From a virus, in the IMG/VR virus record IMGVR_UViG_3300038829_000263, positions 70,111-134,110 of that record: a stretch of DNA of 64,000 bases; one strand, given 5' to 3'. The notes under the pieces were generated by a model, which saw only the letters and a program-made list of their open reading frames with translations, was not told the origin of the DNA and searched no databases. Below are positions 25,860-35,469 of this stretch, piece by piece; positions within the stretch are counted from its first letter, which is position 1, and every line of letters starts with the position of its first letter. The position numbers were made by a program, and so were the translations under genes.

Positions 25860-28800
25860 TACCCATGCTCGAGTCGCTCAGCCTGGCCATCCGGATCTAC
25901 CGCCACCTGGCCGAGAGCACGCAGGAGGTGGCGCCCGGCGACGTGTGGGAGTGGGCCGCGGTCCGCAAGGCCCTGCTCTCCGCCCCGCACGGCCCCGGGC
26001 TCATCAAGCACCTGGAGACCCTGGGCGAGTCCGCGCGCGAGGGCTCTCTCGCCTGGCTGCGCTCGATGGCGCCGTTCGCCCCCATGGGCCGCGTCGTCCG
26101 CCTCCCCGGCGTGGCCGAGGCGCGGGCGTTCCTGACGAAGGTCCGGGCCGAGGGCATGCTGGCCGAGCCCATGGGCGAAACGTGCGTGCAGGTCCACGAC
26201 GTGGACGAGGAGGAGATCCGCCGCGCCGTCCAGGCCGCGCAGGGCGTGCTCGTCGAGACCGCGGCCTCGGCCTACAAGGCGTTCGACCACGACCTGTTCC
26301 AGAACATGCTGGACGACGGCAACTCCGTCGAGCGCGTCGAGTCCGCCATCCTCCGCGCGATCGAGTCCCGCGGCGCGGGCACGCTCGACGAGTCGTTCGT
26401 GATCGTGGGCCAGTACGCCCCCGAGGAGAAGTTCATCGGCCGCCTGGAGCGGTTCGCCGACCTCCGCCCGCGCCAGGTGCTCGGCATGGACGTGGAGCTG
26501 GCCGAAGCGCTCTACGTGGCCGGCCGCCTCCCGGCGGCGGCGCGGCCGATCGTGGCGCGCGTGCTCCACCTGACGGAGGAGACGGAGAGCGCGCCCGTGG
26601 GCGACACGGCCGCCTCCCCGGCCCAGGCCGGCACCCCGCTCGACAAGGGCGGCGTCGCGAAGGACCAGCCCGACGTCTCGGCCGGCGCCCCGGCGCAGTC
26701 GCAGGACGGCGAGAAGAAGGAAGCCGAGCAGCCGACCGACATGCGGCCCGACGAGCCCTCGGACGAGATCACCCTCCCCGACGGGACCATCGTGCCCGAG
26801 GACGTGCTGCGCCAGGCCCTGGCCCGCATGCTCGTCGTCCTCTCGACCCAGCTCGAGCAGGGCGTCGGGACAAACGGCCAGCCGAACGGCAACGGCGAGG
26901 AGGAAGGCGAAGAGGGCGAGGAAGGGGACGCGGAGGCCGACGAAGGGGAAGACGAGGACGCCGGCGCGACGCCCGCGCCCGCCGCGCCCCCGGCCGAGAA
27001 GCCCGCGGCCCAGGCGGCCGCCCAGACCGAAGGGACGATCGGTCCCAGCTTCAAGACCGGGGACGAGGTGCGACTCCCGGACGGCCGGACGGGCCGTGTC
27101 ATCACGTCCGTGTTCAACGACGTCATCGTCAGGCTCGCGGACGGCAGCGAGTGGCGTGGTCCCGGCAGCACCGTCCTCAAGCTGGCCCAGACCGAGGCCG
27201 TCGTGGCCGAGGGAACGCCGATGTCCGACATGCTCAACCGCGAGTTCCCGCCTGGCAGCGTCTGGGCGGACGGCGCGGGCGAGCGCGCCCGGATCACGGG
27301 GAACGGCTCGGACGGGCTGGTGTACTACGTCGAGTTCACGCGCCTCGACCGCCTGTTCATGGGATGGTCGCACGACTACCGCACGGCGGATCAGATGATC
27401 GCCGCGAAGAAGTCGGGCGAGATCCGCATGGTCCGCAGCGAGTCCGTCGTGAAGGTCACAGAGGGCCGCAAGCACCTGATGGCGGCCGTGGCCGACCCGG
27501 CCAAGTTCGAGGTCGGCTCGTTCAAGGTCGTGGCGATCGGCGAGGGCGTCCAGGCCCAGGTCGGGCGCCTGGCGGCGACGAAGCGAGAGCGCATCCAGTC
27601 GCTCGTGTTCGACAAGGCCAAGTTCACCGAGGCCACGGCCCAGGAGTGGATCACGCGCTACCGGGCGAAGACGGTCGCCCCGGCCCGGCGGCCGGAGCTG
27701 ACCGAAGCCGCCAGCCCCAACCTGAATGACCCCCTGGCGCTCTCGCGCGGGATCTTCGCGAACGCGAAGGAGCACTACGGCGCCACGCGCTCCTACCTGG
27801 GCGGCAGTCGCGGCATGCACCAGCTCCAGATCTGGTTTCCCAACAACGAGAGCGCACGGCGCTTCGTCGCAGAGATGGGCGGCGAGTGGGGTCCCAACGT
27901 CCGCATCGAAGAGTCGCTGATGAAGGACGCCAGCGTGTTCGTCGAGTGGTACAGCCCGATGTTCGAGGGCCAGCGCCTGGACGAGGACTGGTTCACGAAC
28001 ATGCGCGAGAGCGCGAAGGCGTTCTACGAGACGGCGTCCAAGGACGCATCCAGCGCCGCTGAGCAGCTCGGAACGAAGCCCACGTCGGCGAAGTCGTGGC
28101 CTGACATGCTGGCGCGTGCCGAGCGCCTGGGTGACCACTGCTCCGTCTCGCTCCGCCAGGCGCTCGTGATGAACCGGGAGCTCGTGCAGGCGGCGAAGGG
28201 CGCCGATGCGCTGGCTGGGGTGGAGGAGCGCACGAGGCGGTCCGTGGCCGAGGCCGAGGAGCCGGGCGACGCCGAGGAGAAGGCCGTCGGTGCTGCGGCC
28301 TGGGAGGACGCGCGCGCGCAGGTCAGCGCGATGAAGGCCGCCGTGTTCAAGCTGGTCACGGACGACCTCGTGAAGATCGAGGCCGTGTCGAAGGCCCTCG
28401 ACGCGAAGAAGGCGATGCGCGCGGCCGTCAAGCTCCGCGAGACCTTCGAGGAGCTCCACGACGAGATGAAGAAGGCGCTCGGTTCCTTCGAGGACGCCCA
28501 CGACATGTTCGTGGCCGAGACGGGCGCGGAGAAGCCGGCCGAGGAGGCCCCCGCGGCCGAAGCCCCCGCCCCGGCTCCTGCAGCACCGGCTCCCGCCGCC
28601 CCTGCAGCGGAAGTCCCTGCTCCCGCGGCCCCGGCCCCTGCGCCGGCCGCGGAGGAGTCGAGGACCGACCAGGCCGTCCGGCGCCTGACCGGGTCGAACG
28701 TCGCGCGCCGCGTCGCGGAAGGCGTGATGATGGGCGAGGTCGTGGACGCGATGCGGGCCGAGTGCTCGGACCTGGGCCTGTCCGTGCGGGAGCTGGCCGA

Positions 28801-29092
28801 GGTCCACGAGCGCATCTCCGGCGTCGAGGCCCTGGCGGCCCAGCGCGTGTACAAGCTCTCCCTGTCCGAGGCCGACCGCGAGCTCGTGTCCGCCGTGAGC
28901 CAGGCGCCCACCGACGCCCCCGGGCGGTTCGCGCAGGCCACGGCCGAAGGCCGCGAGGCCAAGGTCTACGAGGCCGAGCTGGAGGAGGTCATCGGGGCCC
29001 TCCGGTGCCTGGGCGAGGTCGAGCATGGGCTCCTGGCGGCGGAGCTGTCGCGGGCGATGCGGGGGATGGCGCTGACCGCCGGGCGCGTGTAG
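25856..29092 (+). CDS. Large multidomain/coiled-coil protein; putative prohead core or internal head protein
   Basis: GTGA overlap; acidic and Pro/Ala linkers, SH3-like segments (FKTGDEVRLPDGRTGRV) and many [LIVM]xE[AGS] motifs. Confidence 0.7.
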   Translation: MIPMLESLSLAIRIYRHLAESTQEVAPGDVWEWAAVRKALLSAPHGPGLIKHLETLGESAREGSLAWLRSMAPFAPMGRVVRLPGVAEARAFLTKVRAEGMLAEPMGETCVQVHDVDEEEIRRAVQAAQGVLVETAASAYKAFDHDLFQNMLDDGNSVERVESAILRAIESRGAGTLDESFVIVGQYAPEEKFIGRLERFADLRPRQVLGMDVELAEALYVAGRLPAAARPIVARVLHLTEETESAPVGDTAASPAQAGTPLDKGGVAKDQPDVSAGAPAQSQDGEKKEAEQPTDMRPDEPSDEITLPDGTIVPEDVLRQALARMLVVLSTQLEQGVGTNGQPNGNGEEEGEEGEEGDAEADEGEDEDAGATPAPAAPPAEKPAAQAAAQTEGTIGPSFKTGDEVRLPDGRTGRVITSVFNDVIVRLADGSEWRGPGSTVLKLAQTEAVVAEGTPMSDMLNREFPPGSVWADGAGERARITGNGSDGLVYYVEFTRLDRLFMGWSHDYRTADQMIAAKKSGEIRMVRSESVVKVTEGRKHLMAAVADPAKFEVGSFKVVAIGEGVQAQVGRLAATKRERIQSLVFDKAKFTEATAQEWITRYRAKTVAPARRPELTEAASPNLNDPLALSRGIFANAKEHYGATRSYLGGSRGMHQLQIWFPNNESARRFVAEMGGEWGPNVRIEESLMKDASVFVEWYSPMFEGQRLDEDWFTNMRESAKAFYETASKDASSAAEQLGTKPTSAKSWPDMLARAERLGDHCSVSLRQALVMNRELVQAAKGADALAGVEERTRRSVAEAEEPGDAEEKAVGAAAWEDARAQVSAMKAAVFKLVTDDLVKIEAVSKALDAKKAMRAAVKLRETFEELHDEMKKALGSFEDAHDMFVAETGAEKPAEEAPAAEAPAPAPAAPAPAAPAAEVPAPAAPAPAPAAEESRTDQAVRRLTGSNVARRVAEGVMMGEVVDAMRAECSDLGLSVRELAEVHERISGVEALAAQRVYKLSLSEADRELVSAVSQAPTDAPGRFAQATAEGREAKVYEAELEEVIGALRCLGEVEHGLLAAELSRAMRGMALTAGRV

Positions 29093-29139
29093 ACGACGCC
29101 AGGGCGGTTTGGTACCCTTCCCCACAGGAATAGGGCAGG

Positions 29140-29472
29140 ATGCAGAGCACGAAGTCCGCGTACTACACAGCGCCCGCCATCGCGGCTCGCATCGTGGAGT
29201 TCAAGAACAACGGCTCGCTCCCGCCCTACGTGGTCGTGGAGAACCTGGGCACAACCGCGTCCGCCTCGGTGATCTACCAGGAGAGCGACGACGGCTCCAC
29301 CTGGACGGACATCGCCTCCACGACGACGACGGTGAACCCTGGCACGTCGAACGGCCAGAAGATCACGTCGACCAAGGCTCACCTGGCGCTCAAGGCCGGC
29401 GGGAACGTCCCGCTACTCGTGAGCGTCCATCGCACGGTGAACGGGTCTCCGGCCAGCCTCGGGGCGGCCTAG
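29140..29472 (+). CDS. Small beta-sandwich protein, putative virion component
   Basis: QESDDGSTWTD motif; TGGTACCCT extended -10 upstream. Confidence 0.7.
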   Translation: MQSTKSAYYTAPAIAARIVEFKNNGSLPPYVVVENLGTTASASVIYQESDDGSTWTDIASTTTTVNPGTSNGQKITSTKAHLALKAGGNVPLLVSVHRTVNGSPASLGAA

Positions 29473-29493
29473 TTTCAACAGGAGGGTGGCCAC

Positions 29494-30531
29494 ATGGCCG
29501 AGATCGGCTACAGCTTCAACGGGATCGGCCTCGCCGAGGCGCAGGACAGGGTCAACGAGCACCGGACGGGCGTCCCGAGCAAGGGCCTGATGGCGCTCCT
29601 GCAGCGCACCATCGGCATCCGCCGGACGTCCAAGGTCGGCGTCGCGAACACCGGCCGCGCGGCGGCCCACGTGCGCCTGCGGCACCAGGGCCTCGAGCGG
29701 ACCATCGCGGCCGAGGCCCTGGCGGCCCTGAACGTGCCGGCGACGAACCGCTTCGTCGGGCGGCTCCAGTTCGGCGCGATCACGCCGGGCTCGATCGTCG
29801 TCACCGAGGCCGGCGCCCTGGCCGACATCGTGGACGACGGCCTCGGGAAGCTCTACGACATCGGGTTCGTGGGCGTCGCGGCCAACTTCCGCGGGACGAT
29901 CAACTACGTCACGGGCGCCCTGGACGTGACCTTCGGCGCGGCCTTCACGGCGCCCGTCACGATCGCCTACCGGCACTCCGACTACGTGGACTTCGCCTCC
30001 GCGAACCAGATCGTGTCCGGCCCCGCGGGCGCGCTCCCCTACACCCTCCAGCTCCCCTTCGGGCGCGTGGTGCCGGGCAGCGTGTCGCTCACCGACGGCG
30101 TCTCCACCTGGGTGGACGACGGCAAGGGCAACATGATCCAGGCGAACCTGGCGCGCGGCACGATCGACTACGCCGCCGGCATCGTCGTCCTGAACACGGG
30201 CCCGGCCGTCGCGGCCCCGCTGACCGCCGCGTCGGTGATGCAGTACAACCCGTTCGCCGCGCTCGTGGCCGCGGGCGGTGGCCAGAAGCTGCTCGACATC
30301 TTCTCCCAGATCCCCGAGCTCACGAACGGGCCCTGGGCGGCGGGCGTGGACAGCGAGACCCGGCTCGGCCTCGTGGGCGAGTCGAACGTCCTGGCCCTGG
30401 CCACGGACCTCGTGGTCCAGTGGTCGCACTACGGCGAGGAGCCGTACCGGGTGGACGAGGTGTTCTCGGGCTTCCCGCCCGGCGGCTTCTCGAACGACCC
30501 CAACGTGGACCAGGCGGTCGCCCACCTGTAA
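29494..30531 (+). CDS. Putative virion protein with two PGS..DDG.G..GTI[ND]Y modules
   Basis: AGGAGG RBS; the module is shared with capsid, sheath and baseplate proteins. Confidence 0.75.
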   Translation: MAEIGYSFNGIGLAEAQDRVNEHRTGVPSKGLMALLQRTIGIRRTSKVGVANTGRAAAHVRLRHQGLERTIAAEALAALNVPATNRFVGRLQFGAITPGSIVVTEAGALADIVDDGLGKLYDIGFVGVAANFRGTINYVTGALDVTFGAAFTAPVTIAYRHSDYVDFASANQIVSGPAGALPYTLQLPFGRVVPGSVSLTDGVSTWVDDGKGNMIQANLARGTIDYAAGIVVLNTGPAVAAPLTAASVMQYNPFAALVAAGGGQKLLDIFSQIPELTNGPWAAGVDSETRLGLVGESNVLALATDLVVQWSHYGEEPYRVDEVFSGFPPGGFSNDPNVDQAVAHL

Positions 30532-30594
30532 GGGCGACCGGCCCCGTACGGGGCTTGATCGGGGCACCGTCGGGCACCGCACGAAGGGGGAGCC

Positions 30595-31488
30595 ATGGCG
30601 ATCGTCAGGACAACGCGCGACGAGGTACTGCGCCTCGGGCCTGGGGCCTCCGGGGAGGAGTCCCGGCTCTCGGGGGCGTCCCTCGTGTTCGCCGACATCC
30701 CGGCGCTCGGCAACGTGCACGCCTACGTGCATCGCCCGACGGAGCTCAAGGGTGCGGCGGGGCTGTTCGGCGTGGAGCTATCCGACGGCGGCGCGGCCGC
30801 CGGCGCCACGCAGCCCTACCGCTTCGAGCTGGCGCAGCCCCCGGCGGACTTCACCGTCGGGGGCGCGACCTTCGCCCGGCCCAGGACGCGCCAGCGGGTG
30901 CTCGTGGCCGACGGCCGCGGGCACTTCTGGGTCAACCAGGAGGTCCCGGCCTTCGCGGCCTTCGCTCCTGTCCAGGACGGGGCGCTCGTCCAGTGCGGCC
31001 GCAAGGAGCACATGCTCCCGATGCCGGGAAACAACGTCCCGGCCGGCGCGACCTTCCTCCTCCGCTTCCGCTGGGTGGCCACGGCGGTCGTGGCCGAGGT
31101 CCAGGCGTCCCCGCCCATGACGCCTGGCGTGCCCGACGGGATACGGCGCTCCTTCCGCGGCCAGCTCGGGAACCTGACGCCCAACTCGCGCATCGCGCCT
31201 GGGTCGGTCGTGTTCACGGCCACGGTCACCGCCCTGGCCCTCACGATCCGGGACGACGGCCTGGGGCGCCTCGTCGGCATCCGACGCGACGCGAACGGCA
31301 ACGTCACGGCCACGGCCGATGGCCTCATCAACTACCTCACCGGGCAGTGGTCGCTCGACTTCGGCCCCCCGCCCCCGGCGACGGCGATCGTCCCGGACGC
31401 CGCGACCAACATCTCCGCCTCCTACGAGCACTCCTGCCCCTACCTCCCGCTGGACGTGCATCTGGAGTGGGACGTTCTGCTCCAGTAA
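30595..31488 (+). CDS. Putative virion protein with one PGS..DDG.G..INYLTG module
   Basis: GGGGAG RBS and the shared module. Confidence 0.75.
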   Translation: MAIVRTTRDEVLRLGPGASGEESRLSGASLVFADIPALGNVHAYVHRPTELKGAAGLFGVELSDGGAAAGATQPYRFELAQPPADFTVGGATFARPRTRQRVLVADGRGHFWVNQEVPAFAAFAPVQDGALVQCGRKEHMLPMPGNNVPAGATFLLRFRWVATAVVAEVQASPPMTPGVPDGIRRSFRGQLGNLTPNSRIAPGSVVFTATVTALALTIRDDGLGRLVGIRRDANGNVTATADGLINYLTGQWSLDFGPPPPATAIVPDAATNISASYEHSCPYLPLDVHLEWDVLLQ

Positions 31489-31498
31489 GGGCTTACTG

Positions 31499-31945
31499 AT
31501 GGCTGTCCGTGTCCCCCTGCCGCGCTACGCCGACCTCCCCAAGGTCGTGCTGTTCCATCGCGCGCACCCGACGGACCCGACGGTCATCCTCCAGCTACCG
31601 AACGAGGACCGGACGGACTCGGAGACGTACCGCCTGGACCTCGAGCGCGAGGGCGACCGCGGGTGGATCGAGGGGCTTCCCGGCGGCCGGGACGTGCTCT
31701 ACAAGCTGACGATGGAGATGCACATCGCCTACGAGCCGGCGACCGGCGGCATGCGCGCCATCGCGGACCTGGACGAGCCCACCATGCGCCAGCAGGAGAT
31801 CGCGCTCGCGCGCCTGGAGGCGTCCCGCACGGCCAACGGCGCCCAGCGCTCGACGCTCCGCTCCCGGCGCCACGTTCCCCCACCGTCGACGTTCCGCCTG
31901 GGCCTCATGCTCGGGCAGGAGCCGCTCAGGAGGGCACCCCTGTGA
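31499..31945 (+). CDS. Hypothetical protein
   Basis: GC3-biased ORF whose stop overlaps the protease start. Confidence 0.65.
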   Translation: MAVRVPLPRYADLPKVVLFHRAHPTDPTVILQLPNEDRTDSETYRLDLEREGDRGWIEGLPGGRDVLYKLTMEMHIAYEPATGGMRAIADLDEPTMRQQEIALARLEASRTANGAQRSTLRSRRHVPPPSTFRLGLMLGQEPLRRAPL

Positions 31946-34900
31946 GCGTGGAACTCCTGACCCCGTCCGTGGCGCGGCTCCTGCTCGCGGAGCAGCGCAA
32001 CGCCCCTCAGCGGATCGAGCTCCGCGAGACCTTCTCCGTCGACCCGCGCGCCCTGACCGAGGGCGCGAAGGGGAACATCACGGAGCTGGCCGACGGGCGC
32101 TTCCGCGTCCGGTGCAAGGGCCAGCACTGCGGCCTCGTCAACCGGAACAACCGGCGCTACGAGACGAAGAAGACGTGGGGCAGGCACACGCTCCCGGAGA
32201 GCGTGTTCATGCGCCGGGTCAAGTCCCGCCGCGTCGTGGGCCAGCTCGAGCACCCCCCGGAGGGACGCGGGGGCATGGGCCTCGGTGCGATCGTCGTCAC
32301 GGAGGTCGAAGCCCCGAACGCCCAGGGCGAGGTCTGGATCACGTTCGAGACGATGTCGACGCCCGACGGGCGGATCGCCGAGTCGTACATCCGCGACGGC
32401 GTCGGCTTCGGCGTCTCCTCGCGCGGACACGGGTCGGTCGTCCGCGGCGTGGATGGCGTGGACGACGTGCAGGAGGACTACGAGCCGGGCGCCTGGGACT
32501 GCGTGCTCGACGAGTCGACCCCTGGCTCCGAGGTCGTGTCGCAGAAGCTCCGGGAGAGCCGCAAGGCGCTCCTCGAGTCGGTGGGCGGCGATGAGGCGAA
32601 GGCCCGCGAGCTGTGCCGGATCGAGACCGAGTCCGCCCTGGCGCGCATGTTCCCCACGGCGCCCGCGGCCGCCCAGGAGAAGAACGTGACCGAGGCCGAG
32701 GCTGGCGACCCGTCGACCGGCGGCGTGGACGACGAGATGCCCCCGACCGGCGCGAACGAGTTCCTCCTGGCGCTGCCCGACGGCGCAGGCCACTACCGCG
32801 CCTACGACAACTCCATCAACCAGTGGGACGTCTGGCTGGAGATCCACAACCTCGCGCCGAAGCGGATCGCGAAGGCCCTGCAGACCCTCGCGGCCGCGAA
32901 GGCGGCGGCCGAGGCCCACGCCCAGTACGTGGTCGGCGCCGCCATGACCGAGGCGGCCAAGCAGGACCCGAACGCCCGGCGTGCGCTCCGTGCGGCCCTT
33001 CGCGACGCCATGCGCGCCCAGGCCGAGGCCGCGACGAAGAAGCCCGTCACCGAGGACGCGGAGGAAGTCGCTGCGGTCCCCTTCACGGGCACGTGCGTCT
33101 GGCTGCGCGACTTCGACTCGGCGTCCGAGGCCGAGAAGGCGATGAAGGCCCTGGAGGCCGCCGGCTTCCACGTCGAGCAGGACGACTGCTGCGTGTCCGT
33201 CCAGACCGGCTACACGGACGCCCTCCAGGCCATCGAGCACATCAAGCGCGTGCTCGGGATGAAGGACATCGCCATCGACGAGGTGCGTGTCGTACGCCAT
33301 GGCAAGACCGTCTGGGCTGACCGGCTCAGCGAGGCCCTGCCGGGCGATCCCACGCCCCAGGTCGGGGACATCGCCTACGACGGCGGCGCGGAGTACGTCA
33401 TCACGAGGATCGACGCGGCGAAGGGCCTGGCCTACGCCACGCACCCGCGCTACGGCGACCGGACGTTCTACATGCCGGCCACGCAGCGCGGGCAGAACTA
33501 CGGGTTCTGGCCGCGGCACGACAAGATCCGCGGGAAGCAGGCATGGGGCCATCAGGACCGCCCGCGCGTCTGGGGTCCGCTGGGCTTCGACGAGGCGATC
33601 AACACGCTCCCGTCCGTGGCCGACCAGCCCCAGACGTCCGTCCCCCAAGCCGAGGACGACGAGCTCGATCACTTCCCCTTCGACCTGGACGACGAGCCCT
33701 GCGGGCTGGAGATCCTGGGCGACGACCCCTACGAGGAGAACGGCATGGGCCCCACCGCACCCGCGTCCTTCGGCGCCTCCGACTTCGGCGAGATGGGCAT
33801 CTACGACAACGGCGACATGGACGGTCTCCCCATGCCCCCGATGGAGATGGCAGAGCCGGAGGAGCCCATGTCCCAGGCGACCTACGCCGAGATGAAGGCC
33901 AAGATGGAGATGCACCGCGCCGGCTACATGGAGATGCGCGGCCAGATGGAGCGCATGCGGCGCGGCATGTCCGAGGCCGAGGGCGGCTCTGGCTACCCGG
34001 CGGCCCTTCCTCTCGACGATCCCGAGGACCTGGACCACGACCTCGACTGGGTGAACGCGCCCAAGATCGACGTGGGCGTGGCCGAGGCCGAGGGGAACGG
34101 CAACGGGAAGAACGGGAAGAACGGGAAGAAGGACGACGAGGAGGAGAAGGACAAGGACAAGAAGAAGGACGAGGCCAAGCGCCAGGCCGTGTACTACTCC
34201 CGTGTCCCTCGTCCCATGGCCGAGGGCAAGCGCCCTGCTGGCCACGCGCGCCTGTACTTCACGGAGAAGGACGAGCTCCTGGGCCTGGCCGAGTTCAACG
34301 AGCAGGGCAAGTGCGTGGCGAAGTCCGGGATGCGCGAGGGCAAGCTCGTGCCCATCGGCAAGGGCACGCCCCCGACCCCCGCGAAGGTCCACGAGTCCCA
34401 CAAGGGGTTCGTGAAGGGCTGCGGCCTGTGCGAGGAAGTCACGCGCCGTGAGCAAGCGGCGCTCGTGGCCCGCCGCAAGGCGGCCGTGGCGGAGGCGGCC
34501 AGGCTCGTCGGCATCGCGCCGGCCGCTGCCCCGGCGAAGCCCTCGCTCACCGAGATGACGAAGGACGCCCAGGACTTCATCGGGCGGGAGATCGCCCACC
34601 TGGTGAAGGACAAGGGCTACGAGCAGGACCGTGCCGTGGCGGCGGCCTACAACATCGCCCGTGAGAAGGGCTACTCCGTGCCCACGGCGCCCAAGGACGA
34701 GGCCGCGGTCAAGGCCATCGCCGGCAAGACGCTCATGGAGCACTCGACGCCCGCCGGCGAGGTCGTGGCGCTGCGCAAGCGCACCTCCTACCTCCAGGAG
34801 GAGGTCACGCGTCTCGAGCGCGAGAAGGCGCAGATGACGGACCTCGTGAACACGATGTCGTCGGTCCAGCGGGCCGCGCTCACGGAGGCCGAGATCAAGC

Positions 34901-35430
34901 GCGTGGTCCAACTCCACCCGGAGCTCGGGCGCATCAAGGAGCGCCTGGACAAGGCCAAGAGCCCGGCCGAGGTCGTGGCGGAGGCCAACTTCGCGCTCGG
35001 CCTCCTGGGCAAGCCGCTCATCCCGGTGACCGAGGCGGCGCCCAAGCCGGCCCCTGCCCCCAAGCCCGCGGCCGCGCCGAAGCCCGCCCCCCAGAAGCCC
35101 GCCCCCCAGAAGCCCGCCGCTCCCCCGGCGCCCATGACCGAGGCGTCGACGAAGCCGGCGGCCCCCGCGAAGCCGCCCGCCCAGACCCCCGCCCAGGCGC
35201 CTGCCCAGGCCCCCGCACCGACGAACGGCGCGACTCCGGCTGGTGCACGTGCTAAGGTGGGGACGACCGCCGTGGAGAGCCTGGCCGTGCCGGACGCTCC
35301 CGGAGGTCCGCTGACCGAAGCGGAGGAGGCGGCCTTGCTCGGTGGCGGAGAACTCACGGAGGCGTCCCTGGCGACGGGGACCATGAGTCGCGTTGCGGCC
35401 TACAGGCGTAGGGCGCGGGGCGAGAACTAA
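31942..35430 (+). CDS. Prohead maturation protease (T4 gp21-like) fused to a long scaffold/cargo region
   Basis: NRNNRRY, GQLEHP, TPDG, GVSSRGHGS and WDCV..STPG motifs; AGGAGG RBS and GTGA overlap; lies directly before the capsid gene. Confidence 0.88.
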   Translation: MSVELLTPSVARLLLAEQRNAPQRIELRETFSVDPRALTEGAKGNITELADGRFRVRCKGQHCGLVNRNNRRYETKKTWGRHTLPESVFMRRVKSRRVVGQLEHPPEGRGGMGLGAIVVTEVEAPNAQGEVWITFETMSTPDGRIAESYIRDGVGFGVSSRGHGSVVRGVDGVDDVQEDYEPGAWDCVLDESTPGSEVVSQKLRESRKALLESVGGDEAKARELCRIETESALARMFPTAPAAAQEKNVTEAEAGDPSTGGVDDEMPPTGANEFLLALPDGAGHYRAYDNSINQWDVWLEIHNLAPKRIAKALQTLAAAKAAAEAHAQYVVGAAMTEAAKQDPNARRALRAALRDAMRAQAEAATKKPVTEDAEEVAAVPFTGTCVWLRDFDSASEAEKAMKALEAAGFHVEQDDCCVSVQTGYTDALQAIEHIKRVLGMKDIAIDEVRVVRHGKTVWADRLSEALPGDPTPQVGDIAYDGGAEYVITRIDAAKGLAYATHPRYGDRTFYMPATQRGQNYGFWPRHDKIRGKQAWGHQDRPRVWGPLGFDEAINTLPSVADQPQTSVPQAEDDELDHFPFDLDDEPCGLEILGDDPYEENGMGPTAPASFGASDFGEMGIYDNGDMDGLPMPPMEMAEPEEPMSQATYAEMKAKMEMHRAGYMEMRGQMERMRRGMSEAEGGSGYPAALPLDDPEDLDHDLDWVNAPKIDVGVAEAEGNGNGKNGKNGKKDDEEEKDKDKKKDEAKRQAVYYSRVPRPMAEGKRPAGHARLYFTEKDELLGLAEFNEQGKCVAKSGMREGKLVPIGKGTPPTPAKVHESHKGFVKGCGLCEEVTRREQAALVARRKAAVAEAARLVGIAPAAAPAKPSLTEMTKDAQDFIGREIAHLVKDKGYEQDRAVAAAYNIAREKGYSVPTAPKDEAAVKAIAGKTLMEHSTPAGEVVALRKRTSYLQEEVTRLEREKAQMTDLVNTMSSVQRAALTEAEIKRVVQLHPELGRIKERLDKAKSPAEVVAEANFALGLLGKPLIPVTEAAPKPAPAPKPAAAPKPAPQKPAPQKPAAPPAPMTEASTKPAAPAKPPAQTPAQAPAQAPAPTNGATPAGARAKVGTTAVESLAVPDAPGGPLTEAEEAALLGGGELTEASLATGTMSRVAAYRRRARGEN

Positions 35431-35469
35431 CCGAGGCGTCGAGCCTACAACGACGCGCAGGAGAGCAAT

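Noticed and set aside
35030-35230. Short tandem repeats (also 28530-28655) as a CRISPR array or VNTR
   Set aside because: They are in-frame Pro/Ala/Lys linker coding repeats without repeat-spacer structure.
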